Source of the DNA: Gemmatales bacterium
GTDB taxonomy: Bacteria; Planctomycetota; Planctomycetia; Gemmatales; HRBIN36
Length of the DNA stretch: 64,000 bases
Reading direction: 5' to 3'
Assembly (NCBI GenBank): GCA_041640595.1
Contig: JBEPZY010000001.1
Coordinates: 1,056,001-1,120,000 of the forward strand
Positions 20,010 through 29,876 of this stretch are shown here, piece by piece. Position numbers and translations under genes: made by a program. Position 1 is the stretch's first letter, and the number at the start of each line of letters is the position of its first letter. Under the pieces are notes generated by a model. The model saw nothing but the letters and a program-made list of their open reading frames with translations, did no database searches and was not told the DNA's origin.

Positions 20010-22082
20010 TCAGTACGGCCGATAGGATTTCTCTTCCACCAACCGTGAGCCCAGCAGCAAATTGATCCGTTTCTTTATCTCAGCACGCCGGTCATTGTAG
20101 CGATAGACGGAGCGAGCCAGTGCCACGAATTCTGCATCGAATTTCTGCTGGCGTTCGCACTCCCGCAATGCATCTTCCACGTCCCACAGCGTCTCGTTGA
20201 CCGATTGCAGTTCCCTCACCAGAAAATCGAGTTCCGCCAGTTGTGGCAGGGAGCACGCCGCGATTTGCTCCAGCTCGGCAAGCTCGATTTCAACGTGTCG
20301 CAACTTCTCCTCGTCCCGGATACGCGCCTGCTTGATGCGTAAGATGGTGATTTTGTCGAGCAATTCTCCCGGCGATATGGGCACGCGCAGGTCCGCCGTC
20401 AGGCCAAGCGGTCGTTCCTGTCGTCGGTTGGCCACGAATTCCTGCAGTGCCTTCCGCACCTGCCGAAACACACCATCCCAGTCCTGCCGTACTTCCTGGC
20501 GAAATAAACGCATCGTCGGATACAAGGGGGTGGTCGAACCCTCCGTCCCCCAACGCCAGTCACAAACCTGACCCAACAGTAGCCACACGGGTCGCCCCAG
20601 AGCACCCACCAGATGAGCAATGGCCGAGTCGGTGCAAATGACCAGATCGAGATGCTGCACAATCGCTGCCGTGTCCATAAAAGCGCCGTTGCTCTCATCC
20701 CGACCCGCTCCTAAATCCACGACCGGAAAATCAACTTCTCGCAACTGTTCCTCGCCCGGACCTTTTTGCAAACTGATTAGCCTTACCCCATCTACGCTGG
20801 CCAAACACGCGAACTTTCGTAAGGGTACCGATCGCTGCCGATCATTTGCGTAGCTCGGGCTGCCTTGCCAGGCAATACCGATACGCACCCCTTCATACTT
20901 AGTAACCACATCCTTCCAATATGCTACGAGATTAGGATCGGCCGTAATATAAGGTACCGTCGCCGGTACGTTATCCGGTCGGGTATTTAGATAGCGCGGC
21001 AAACTAAGTAACGGACTATAATAGTCATAGCCCGGCACCTGATCACCGCTGGCATAACATACAGCTAATCCTGAAGCGCGGCTCAGGAGGGGAACTAAGT
21101 TCCGAGGACATTCTAATAAAACGCGGGCCCCTTGATTTTCCAGCACCTGCGCATAGCGAACGAACTGTATCGTATCGCCGATTCCCTGTTCCGCTACCAG
21201 GAGAATGGTGCGCCCTGCTAATGGATTCCCCTGCCAGCGTGGTGCTCGATAATCTTGCCAGCGATGGGGCTGGATTAGTAACCGATATTCGTAATCTTCC
21301 CAGCCCTGCTGCCAGTTACCGCGTAGCAGATAGATCATGCCCCGGTTCAGATGAGCTAAATAATGCTGCGGCTGGTAAGTTAGTGCCTGTTGAAAGCAGG
21401 CGAAGGCTTCATCGTAGCGACCGCACGAGGAGAGTATCGTACCCAATGTGTTCCATGCCTCTGCATGGCTTGGAGCTAAGTGTACAGCGTGCCGGGCCCA
21501 GGCTTCCGCTTCCCTTTCCTCGCCCGTAGCCAGCAGGCTGAGGCTTAGACCTAAACATATTTCTACTTGTTCCGGACGCGCCGCCAGCGCCGAACGAAAA
21601 TGTTCAACGGCTTTTAGATGTTGATTAAGAGAGCGGTAAAGCTGCGCTAAGTTGACGTGCAAGGTAATCTGATCGGGACGACTTTGCAGAGCACGTACTA
21701 AGTATTGAATGGCCTCCTGCGGTCTCCCCAGGTCGCGCAGAGTTAATGCGAGATTGTTAAGGGCCTCGACAGCCTGGGGATCAATGGACAGGGCTTGCTT
21801 GAATGCCTCAGCCGCGTCCTGCATTCGCCCTAGCCGACGCAACACCAGGCCGAGATTACTGTAAGCCGGGCCATAATCGGGATAATGTTGCAACAACTGT
21901 CGGAAGGCGATTTCGGCATCCTGCATCCGGCCGTTCCGCGCCAGAGCGATGCCATATTCGTTCCACAGGTCGGGCGGAATCTGATAACCAGTCCGCCGGA
22001 GTTGGTGAAACAGATTCTCGGCTAGCGACCATTGGCCCGCTTGCAGGAGCTGACGCAATTGTTCCAGGTGCGGCGAAATCAT
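20010..22082 (-). CDS. TPR-repeat glycosyltransferase (GT9-like) with C-terminal DUF6165-like domain
   Basis: About 7 TPRs, then EQGIGDTIQFVRY, IGIAWQG, LDLVICTDSAIAHL and DWRW. The tail reads PISPGELLDKITIL...LWDVED...ARSVY..ND.R...EEKSY. Confidence 0.88.
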   Translation of the reverse strand: MISPHLEQLRQLLQAGQWSLAENLFHQLRRTGYQIPPDLWNEYGIALARNGRMQDAEIAFRQLLQHYPDYGPAYSNLGLVLRRLGRMQDAAEAFKQALSIDPQAVEALNNLALTLRDLGRPQEAIQYLVRALQSRPDQITLHVNLAQLYRSLNQHLKAVEHFRSALAARPEQVEICLGLSLSLLATGEEREAEAWARHAVHLAPSHAEAWNTLGTILSSCGRYDEAFACFQQALTYQPQHYLAHLNRGMIYLLRGNWQQGWEDYEYRLLIQPHRWQDYRAPRWQGNPLAGRTILLVAEQGIGDTIQFVRYAQVLENQGARVLLECPRNLVPLLSRASGLAVCYASGDQVPGYDYYSPLLSLPRYLNTRPDNVPATVPYITADPNLVAYWKDVVTKYEGVRIGIAWQGSPSYANDRQRSVPLRKFACLASVDGVRLISLQKGPGEEQLREVDFPVVDLGAGRDESNGAFMDTAAIVQHLDLVICTDSAIAHLVGALGRPVWLLLGQVCDWRWGTEGSTTPLYPTMRLFRQEVRQDWDGVFRQVRKALQEFVANRRQERPLGLTADLRVPISPGELLDKITILRIKQARIRDEEKLRHVEIELAELEQIAACSLPQLAELDFLVRELQSVNETLWDVEDALRECERQQKFDAEFVALARSVYRYNDRRAEIKKRINLLLGSRLVEEKSYRPY

Positions 22083-22163
22083 AGCGTCAAAACCAGGGAC
22101 TTTCTCAGCGACCGCTTTCTGGATAACAGCATTTTAGCAACCGCATCCCCGTGATAACGGGGT

Positions 22164-24071
22164 TCAGTTCGCTTGGCAGGTTTCCGGATTCTCGGCATCG
22201 TGCACTGGCAAAAATATGGAAAACGTGGTGCCCTTGCCGACTTCGCTTTCCAATTCGATCCAACCGCGATGCTCATTGACAATGCCATACACAGTCGCCA
22301 GTCCTAAACCGCTGCCGCGCCCCGGTTCTTTCGTAGTGAAAAACGGCTCGAAAATGCGGGAGCGAATTTCCGGCGGGATGCCGTGCCCAGTATCGCACAC
22401 ATCCAGGCGAATGAACTTCCCTGGACGGGCCGCTACATGTCGCCGTGCATCTTCGGCTGAAAGCACCAGCTGTTTTGTCCGTACCAGCAACTGTCCTCCT
22501 TGCGGCATAGCATCGCGGGCGTTCAGGCAAAGATTCATGAGCACCTGTTGCATCTGCCCGGCATCTGCGTAAACTCGACCGGCCTGAGGGTCGAGTTCAC
22601 TGGTGATGGTAATGCGTTTATCAATCGTGCGCCGCAACAGGTTGAGGGTCTCTTCCACAATCTGGTTGAGGTCAGTTGGCTGCGGGCGTAAACGTGTACG
22701 GCGGGAGAAACTCAAGAGTTGTCGGGTCAATTCGGCGGCACGCAACGCCGCTTTCTCGGTGATTTGCAGCAGTTCACGGTTGGGATCATCGGCAGGAAGA
22801 TTCGCCAGCACCAGCGAAACGTTGCCGAGAATGGCGGTGAGCAGGTTATTGAAATCGTGGGCAACGCCTCCGGCCAGCTGACCGACAGCTTCCATCTTCT
22901 GAGCATGACGGAGTTGTTCTTCCAGAGCCCGCTGGTGCGTAATGTCCCAGAAAATTCCCAGCACACCCACGATATTTCCCTGTTCATCGCGCATGGGCCG
23001 CTTGACAACACGCACCAGACGCGTGCGTCCTTCGCTGACATTTTCTTCTTCGAGTTCCAGTGTCTGACCCGTCGTCAACACCTTCATATCGTCGGCACGG
23101 TATTTATCGGCGAGATGGCGAGGATAAAAATCGTAATCGGTCTTGCCGAGAATCTCCTCCTCGGGCTTACCGACCGCCTGGCAGAATCTGGGATTAACCG
23201 CGGCAAAACGCAACTCCCGGTCCTTGAGAAAGACGCATTGCTCCAGGTTTTCAATCAGAGCACGGTATTTAGCTTCGCTATAACGTAGTTGCTCCATCAT
23301 CTGGCGGCGTTCGGTAACATCGGAAACCACGCAGTGGACCAGGAGACGACCATCTTTCTGGCGTTCGACGGAAACACTATCCCGCAGCCAGCGGAGGCTA
23401 CCATCCGGCAGGAAAATGCGATACTCATCTTCGGCATGAGTGATTTCGTACCGCCGCACCTGTTCAAACCGTTGTATCATCGCCGACCGATCGTCGGGAT
23501 GCACTATGCTCAGCCAAGCATCGGGACTGTTGAGGAAAAACTCCGGAGGTCGGCCTGTCAGTTTCTCCACCACTGGCGAGATGTAACGCAATTTCCATAC
23601 ACCATCAGCACCGACTTCCGCACTCCAGAGGAAATCGCTGATGGAATTGAACAGGTGTCGCAATTCGGCTTCGCGCTGTTCGAGCTGACGGCGCATTTCG
23701 TGCATTTCGCTAACATCACGCGCTGTCACCAGGCCGAGTACCTGATTGTCCAGATGCAAGCGGGTTACGCTGATGTTGACGGGGACCCAATTGAGCAAAC
23801 GGTGCCGAATCCAGAAGCCATCTTTGCTGTGAAACATTCCCGTTTTCTGATACGCCCGCCGCAACTGGTACAAATCCTGAGGACGGTCGCTGCGAAACAA
23901 GTCAGTTACCAGCACGCTTCGCAATTCTCGGCGGCTGTAACCGGTCAGCCGCTGGGCAAACGGATTGACATCGAGCACCTGCTCAGTTTCCACATCAAAC
24001 AAAATCAACGCATCCGCCGATTCCTCAAAAAGTGCCTGTGCGAACTCGGCAGAACTGTGCGCGGTTTTCAT
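22164..24071 (-). CDS. Cytoplasmic multi-PAS sensor histidine kinase
   Basis: Three PAS/PAC segments, GGVAHDFNNLL H-box, NLCLNARDAM, DTGHG, FEPFFTTK and GSGLGL. No receiver domain. Confidence 0.93.
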   Translation of the reverse strand: MKTAHSSAEFAQALFEESADALILFDVETEQVLDVNPFAQRLTGYSRRELRSVLVTDLFRSDRPQDLYQLRRAYQKTGMFHSKDGFWIRHRLLNWVPVNISVTRLHLDNQVLGLVTARDVSEMHEMRRQLEQREAELRHLFNSISDFLWSAEVGADGVWKLRYISPVVEKLTGRPPEFFLNSPDAWLSIVHPDDRSAMIQRFEQVRRYEITHAEDEYRIFLPDGSLRWLRDSVSVERQKDGRLLVHCVVSDVTERRQMMEQLRYSEAKYRALIENLEQCVFLKDRELRFAAVNPRFCQAVGKPEEEILGKTDYDFYPRHLADKYRADDMKVLTTGQTLELEEENVSEGRTRLVRVVKRPMRDEQGNIVGVLGIFWDITHQRALEEQLRHAQKMEAVGQLAGGVAHDFNNLLTAILGNVSLVLANLPADDPNRELLQITEKAALRAAELTRQLLSFSRRTRLRPQPTDLNQIVEETLNLLRRTIDKRITITSELDPQAGRVYADAGQMQQVLMNLCLNARDAMPQGGQLLVRTKQLVLSAEDARRHVAARPGKFIRLDVCDTGHGIPPEIRSRIFEPFFTTKEPGRGSGLGLATVYGIVNEHRGWIELESEVGKGTTFSIFLPVHDAENPETCQAN

Positions 24072-24103
24072 GGCGCAAATACCTCCCGCAAGTGAAAAAG
24101 CTC

Positions 24104-25134
24104 TTAGTCGGGGACTTCCTCTTTTTGAGTGCGCGATGCTGGCGAAATATGCTGGGATTTATCTGTTGACGGCGTGAGAGTGGGGGACGATACGGATGGC
24201 GAGGTGGGTCGGTCATCTACGCGTTCCTGGCCGTTGAAAAAAGTCCGCATCAACAAGGGCACGGCTACTATCCCGGCGATTGCCAGCGCTGCCAGAGAAC
24301 CCCACACCGGATGCTGACGTTTATCCAATAAAGCCTGGCGCAGGTCGCGATAAAAAGCTTCAGCCGTCTCGTATCGCTCCTCCTTGTCCCGTGCCAGTCC
24401 CCTGGCCAGCACTTTATCCACTCCGGCAGGCAAGAAGAGATTGCGCCGGGTCGCGGGCACATAAACCCGCCCCGGCACATACCCGGTCAATAACTCATAG
24501 GCGAGAACCGCCAGAGAGAACACATCGGCCCGGCGATCCACTCCCAGACCGAAGCGTTGCTCTGGAGCACAATAGTCGGTGGTACCCCAAATAACCCCTG
24601 AGGCGTCTCCTGAACCGTCCACTTGCGAAACACCAAAGTCAGTTATCTTGGCCTGACCGGTTTCGGTCAGGAGCACGTTTTCCGGCTTCAGGTCCAGATG
24701 TAACACCCCGCGGGCGTGGATATATTCCAGGGCCTGGGTAACGGCTTGCAAAACTTCCAGCGCCTGGCTTATGCGCCACGGTTTACCTCGCTGCATCTTT
24801 TCTCGCAAACTGTGCCCGGCAATGTATTCCATCACGAAATAGCAGGTTTCGCCGAGCTGACCGGCATCGTACACGCTCACGATATGAGGATGCGACAGGT
24901 TAGCTCGCATCAGTGCTTCATGCCTACCGACTGTCTGGCCATTGGATTCACAACTATTGCGGCTGCTAACATGCAGCACTTTGGTGGCCACCGGCCGGCG
25001 GAGGGCTGCACCGCTTTATAGACCGTAGCCGTGCTCCCCTCATGCAAGACTCCCTCAATTCGATACCCTGGAATTTCCGGCACTTTTCGATTTTGTTCGG
25101 GTTGAGACACGTGTTCGGGTGTGAGCGTGGACAC
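24104..25134 (-). pseudogene. Ser/Thr protein kinase split by a frameshift near 25004 (pseudogene or sequencing error)
   Basis: A GGAGG RBS and GTG at 25134 give PEIPGYRIEGVLHEGSTATVYKAVQ. The continuation LRRPVATKVL...HLDLKPEN...DFG...APEQ plus a TM helix is in another frame. Confidence 0.8.
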
Positions 25135-25496
25135 TGTTCTCCTCCCAGCCGGTTTCCGTCCGAATCTCTGGCCCTGCCATTCCTTCAGGGTAGGCGATCT
25201 GGCAATCATGCCAAATATAGCTCGCAATTTTTCGCCAAGTCGCCGCAACTTCGCACTAACCGTAGGCCTTCAGCGAAAATATGCCTGCTGAAAAATTTTG
25301 GCACAGGTGAATAGTTCGGCCGGCGACGTGCTGCCCAGCAATCCACGGCGAGAACAACCAACTCTGCTGGCAGGCTCCCGATGCGCGCCGGCCTGGTTCA
25401 TCGGCGCTTACAATGCTGTTAGCGTTCCACTGCTTGATCGTCTTAACTACCGAAAGAGCCAAAAACGCAACGGGCCCGGGCAAAACGAACACAACC

Positions 25497-26039
25497 ATGG
25501 CTGTGCAGTCGCGTGGCGAGGCGCAGGATTACTCGGCTTTCGATGCTTTGTATCAACACTACGGACGGGAAGTCTGGAGCCTCGTCTTCGCCCGCTGGCT
25601 CAATGCCGAGATCGCTAACGATATTTGCCAGGAAACCTTCCTGCGGCTCTGGCAACAATGGCAACGCGGCGAAGAAATCCGTAATCCACGAGCCTGGCTG
25701 CTTCGTGTAGCACGCAACCTCGCTGAAGATTATGGCAAAAGCGCTTTCCACCGCAACGGCACGCAAGAGCCGGAATACCTCGCTACGGTTTCCGGCTCCC
25801 ATCCAACACCGCCGGAACAACTCCAGAAACGCGAAGCACTGCAACTGGTACGCCGATTCCTGCAAGAGCTTGCCCCGACAGACCGGGAAATATTGACCCT
25901 GCGCTATGCCCTGGAATATTCCATCGAAGAAATTGCGGAAACTCTGGGAATCAACGTCTCAGCAGTGCACATGCGCCTTACTCGGGCTCGCCAGCGACTG
26001 GCGGCGCGATTGGCCAATACGGGGGAGTTTTTCGCATGA
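25497..26039 (+). CDS. ECF RNA polymerase sigma factor
   Basis: Sigma2 (FDALY...DICQETF...WLLRVARN) and sigma4 (REILTLRY...EEIAETLG...V..RL.RAR) regions. Confidence 0.92.
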   Translation: MAVQSRGEAQDYSAFDALYQHYGREVWSLVFARWLNAEIANDICQETFLRLWQQWQRGEEIRNPRAWLLRVARNLAEDYGKSAFHRNGTQEPEYLATVSGSHPTPPEQLQKREALQLVRRFLQELAPTDREILTLRYALEYSIEEIAETLGINVSAVHMRLTRARQRLAARLANTGEFFA

Positions 26040-26584
26040 CCCGCGACGTCCATAACAACGCCTCCTCACAGAACCAATATGAACAGTTGGCCGAGGAGCT
26101 TCTGCGCTGGTATTTCCAGCAAACCGTGATACGGCAACTGCCGCCACTTCAAACCCCGACAAACGATAGCATTGCTACCTTAGATTTTCAGCAAAGGGCA
26201 ACCATCGGCGTTGACCGTTCTTCGCTGGTTGCAGACTCATCTCCGGGTGGGCTGCATTCCTACACTATTCCGTCCCAGCTTCATATCCGCCCATCAGACA
26301 GCCTGACAGCACCGGTTAGCGAGCCAGCCTTGTATTCAACCAGCGCCTCGCGTTACGGGCGTTATGCACTGCTGGCTGTGCTTTGCTTGCTTGCCCTTGC
26401 GCTCTTGTTTGTTCCCTGGGAACCCCCCAGAATCTTCCGTTTTCCCTCCAACCACGACGGTATGCGAGCATTGGATAAACCGACACCGGGAGCAGGCTCC
26501 CATCGTCCTTCCCCTGCTCGACCTTTGCCCGGCTCCGAGCTTTCCGTACCCCACCGCTCCCCCGACCCCAACCTCCCTCGCTGA
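26036..26584 (+). CDS. Hypothetical single-TM protein, putative anti-sigma factor
   Basis: ATGA overlap with the ECF gene, one hydrophobic helix and a Pro-rich tail. Confidence 0.55.
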   Translation: MTRDVHNNASSQNQYEQLAEELLRWYFQQTVIRQLPPLQTPTNDSIATLDFQQRATIGVDRSSLVADSSPGGLHSYTIPSQLHIRPSDSLTAPVSEPALYSTSASRYGRYALLAVLCLLALALLFVPWEPPRIFRFPSNHDGMRALDKPTPGAGSHRPSPARPLPGSELSVPHRSPDPNLPR

Positions 26585-26916
26585 TGATCTACCTGACTGC
26601 TCTCCACCTCTTTGGCGAAACTTGAACGGCATCAGGCCTCAGTCATCATCGCAAACATTAATTTCCGCACCATGTAGCACACCCCGAAAAGGAAATGTTT
26701 TGCTTAACGGGCGGCATGTTAATCGGGACCGGCGTTTTGCTGTGTTGCTGGCCTCCCCGAAGCTTTCCGCGAAAAACCGTAGCGTAAATGCGACCTGTTG
26801 TTAGTTTCCCATCGGATAGCATACTTACGTGCACTAAGCATTGGAGTGATTAGGTTACACCGGGTAGATTCCCGACCGGATACCGCGCCTAGGTCAGCTA
26901 TTGTCAAACTGCGACG

Positions 26917-28059
26917 TTATTCTAAAAACGAGGCGATGCGCATGCGCGCCAAGTAAATGGCCTCGTAAGGATGCGCTTGGCCGCGTTCGTACAGGCAACC
27001 GAGTGTGTCGCGGTCGAGGGCAGCCAGGCAGGAATATGCCGACGGGCCCTCGTACAAAGTCAGTTGCCTGGGCCAGGTTCGGCCATCATCGAAACTCACC
27101 CGCACGGTCATACGTTCTCGCCGAGTGCTGGCAGGATTGGCAAACAACAGTACGGACTTTTTCCCTTCGACCGGGAAGGGCCAGCGCAGCAAGCTGGCCT
27201 GGCAAACTGGCTCAGTGAGGGCGGCATCTTCATACAGCGTCCCGAATGTGCGACCGCCATCTCGACTAATGGCGACCAATCGGCGGTGATTGCCGCGATA
27301 ACTGCGAATGTTAAGCATAACCCGGCCATCGCTGAGTTCGGCAGCCTGGCATTCATTGCAGTGCGGCCCTACCGTGCCACCGAGTTGCCAGCTCTTGCCA
27401 TGGTCGTCGCTATAAATGACATGGGCACGCCAAACCACGCCGTCAGCGGTTGGCTCTTTGTGATCGCATGGGATTATGAGCCGACCACTGGACAACTGAA
27501 TGCCGACGCCGGGTCCGGTGGCATACCAGGTCCATTCGGGGCGTTTGACCTGTGCGGTAATGTTGATGGGCTTCGACCAGGTCTGGCCGTCATCTTCGCT
27601 TCGCATCAGCCAGACCGTGCGAGTGCCCTTGGCCTTTCCAGCAGTTATGGCCGGTTCGGCATCGGAGCCGAGGTTGTGCGTCAATAGCAGGAAAATCGTG
27701 CCCGTCTGGCGATCCACTACCGGACACGGATTGCCGCAGGTGTTCGGGCCATCGTCCCAGAGGACTTGCAACGGTGACCAGGTCTTGCCGCCATCGGTGC
27801 TTCGCTTCATGACCACGTCAATATCGCCGAAATCGCTGCGACTATTTTTTCGCCCTTCGCAGATGGCCAGTAATGTTCCACGCGCAGTCACGAGTAACGA
27901 GGGTATGCGGAAGGTATGGTACCCCTCCCGTCCGCTGATGAAGACTGGTTGCTGTTCCACGGCAGGCGGTTGATCGGCCAGCCCGCCACGATTTGTCAGC
28001 AATGCCGCCAGGACAATACTACCGCTGAGATACATCAGCAAAGCGAATCGGTCTGACAT
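26917..28059 (-). CDS. Secreted sialidase-like glycoside hydrolase (GH33, BNR repeats)
   Basis: FRIP motif and repeated Asp-boxes (STDGGKTW, SEDDGQTW, SDDHGKSW, SRDGGRTF, SFDDGRTW). Confidence 0.93.
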   Translation of the reverse strand: MSDRFALLMYLSGSIVLAALLTNRGGLADQPPAVEQQPVFISGREGYHTFRIPSLLVTARGTLLAICEGRKNSRSDFGDIDVVMKRSTDGGKTWSPLQVLWDDGPNTCGNPCPVVDRQTGTIFLLLTHNLGSDAEPAITAGKAKGTRTVWLMRSEDDGQTWSKPINITAQVKRPEWTWYATGPGVGIQLSSGRLIIPCDHKEPTADGVVWRAHVIYSDDHGKSWQLGGTVGPHCNECQAAELSDGRVMLNIRSYRGNHRRLVAISRDGGRTFGTLYEDAALTEPVCQASLLRWPFPVEGKKSVLLFANPASTRRERMTVRVSFDDGRTWPRQLTLYEGPSAYSCLAALDRDTLGCLYERGQAHPYEAIYLARMRIASFLE

Positions 28060-28083
28060 AAGCAGACACTCCCGATGTTAGGT

Positions 28084-28293
28084 TCAAGTGCGGCAAGGCA
28101 ATGGTTCCGGCTCATCGTGAACCGGCGGACCCACGCGAACGATTGCCGACCAGCTTGGCGGATCACTGGCCGGGAACGACTCCTGCAAAGCTTCATCTAC
28201 CTGGTCGTTTTCCGGAGAGAGACTTTCTGGCCGGGTATCTAACGGTTGCACCGCACAAGCATCGGGTGAATAAGGCTCAGCCATAGTCAACAT
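28084..28293 (-). CDS. Small acidic protein with DEA..ESFPASDPPSW motif
   Basis: GGAGG RBS, 69 aa, containing VDEALQESFPASDPPSW. Confidence 0.7.
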   Translation of the reverse strand: MLTMAEPYSPDACAVQPLDTRPESLSPENDQVDEALQESFPASDPPSWSAIVRVGPPVHDEPEPLPCRT

Positions 28294-28481
28294 GGTGCAC
28301 CTCCTGTCTTGCTCACTGACATGCCAATCCCGACCGGGCCTGCTACCAAGGGCGCTTTGCTTTCCACTGCCGTGGTGGGCGTCCTTTTTATTGTAGCGAT
28401 ACACCTTTTGGACGGTTGCCGCAGGAGCGAATAGTTTGTTTCCAGGTATCCGCAAATGGTCAGCACAAAGGAGGAACGGCT

Positions 28482-29843
28482 ATGTACAGACTGATCGGTG
28501 TAGGCGTGGCGGTACTCACCGCGATAACGGCCAGTTTCGCCCAAAATAGCGAACCCGCTGTGTTCAAGGCCGGCGTCGCTAAAGCGATCATTACCCCCGA
28601 ACCAGGACTCTGGCTCGCCGGTTACGCTGGACGCAACAAGCCGTCCGAGGGTAAAGCCAACGACCTGTACGCGAAAGCTTTAGCTCTGGAAGATGCACGC
28701 GGCACGCGACTGGTGCTGGTTACGCTGGACGTCATCGGTTTGCCGCACGATCTGTCCGAACAGATGTACCAGGACATCCGACAAAAAACGAATTTGCCTC
28801 GTGAAGCAGTCGTTTTTGCTTGCTCCCACACTCATTGTGGCCCGGTCATTTTCGGCAACCTGATGGACATGTATCCGCTGACGCCCGACCAGCCGGAAAA
28901 ACTGAAAAAGTACCGGGAATTCCTCAGGCAAACGGTAGTCAAACTGGTGAGCGACGCGCTGGCCGATCTGAAGCCAGCTCAACTTGCCTACGGTCAAGGC
29001 ACAGCCCGCTTTGCCATCAACCGCCGCCAATTCCAGAAAAAAGGCGTGATCATCGGCCAGAATCCGGAAGGACCGGTGGATCATTCCGTGCCCGTGTTGC
29101 AAGTAACTGATCCCCAGGGAAAGATTCGCGCTATCGTTTTCGGTTACGCCTGCCACAACACCACGCTATCCTTTTACCAATACTGTGGCGACTATGCAGG
29201 CTTCGCCCAGGAATACGTGGAAGAAAAATTCCCCGGCGCAGTGGCGCTATTCTGGACCGGTTGCGGTGGCGACGCTAATCCCAATCCACGCGGCACACTC
29301 GAATTGGCCCAGAAGCATGGCCGCGAATTGGCCGATGCCGTGGCCAACGTCCTGCGGTACAACCTGACACCGATTCGCGGACATTTCCGCGCCGCCTACT
29401 CGACGATCCGTCTACCGCTCGACACTCTTCCCACCAAAGATCAGCTGCAGGCCCAGACGCTGGACAAGAACCATGCGGTTCGACAACGCGCTCAGCGGCT
29501 GTTAAAACAGCTGGAAACTTCTGGCCGGCTCGACGACCATTATCCTCATTATCCAGTGCAGGTGTGGCGGTTAGGCAATGAGATTGCCTGGATCATGCTC
29601 GGTGGCGAGGTGCTCGTGGATTACGCTCTCCGCTTCAAAAAAGATTTCGGTGAACAACGCACCTGGGTCATGGGCTACGCCAATGACGTCATGGCCTATA
29701 TCCCCTCCGTGCGCGTTTTGAAGGAAGGCGGCTACGAAGCCGATAGTTCTATGATTTATTACGGTCTGCCTACTCGCTGGTCGCCGCAGATCGAAGAATT
29801 GATTGTCCGCCAAGTTCACGCATTGATGAAAAGCACCCAGTGA
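28482..29843 (+). CDS. Secreted neutral/alkaline ceramidase-like hydrolase
   Basis: Signal peptide, LAGYAGR, SHTHCGP, YACHNTT and GGDANP. Confidence 0.85.
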   Translation: MYRLIGVGVAVLTAITASFAQNSEPAVFKAGVAKAIITPEPGLWLAGYAGRNKPSEGKANDLYAKALALEDARGTRLVLVTLDVIGLPHDLSEQMYQDIRQKTNLPREAVVFACSHTHCGPVIFGNLMDMYPLTPDQPEKLKKYREFLRQTVVKLVSDALADLKPAQLAYGQGTARFAINRRQFQKKGVIIGQNPEGPVDHSVPVLQVTDPQGKIRAIVFGYACHNTTLSFYQYCGDYAGFAQEYVEEKFPGAVALFWTGCGGDANPNPRGTLELAQKHGRELADAVANVLRYNLTPIRGHFRAAYSTIRLPLDTLPTKDQLQAQTLDKNHAVRQRAQRLLKQLETSGRLDDHYPHYPVQVWRLGNEIAWIMLGGEVLVDYALRFKKDFGEQRTWVMGYANDVMAYIPSVRVLKEGGYEADSSMIYYGLPTRWSPQIEELIVRQVHALMKSTQ

Positions 29844-29876
29844 TCGCCGTGTCTCTGTACGGCAAGACGACGGAAG

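Noticed and set aside
26585..26916. tRNA or small RNA in the AT-richer spacer
   Set aside because: No cloverleaf or convincing stems were seen.
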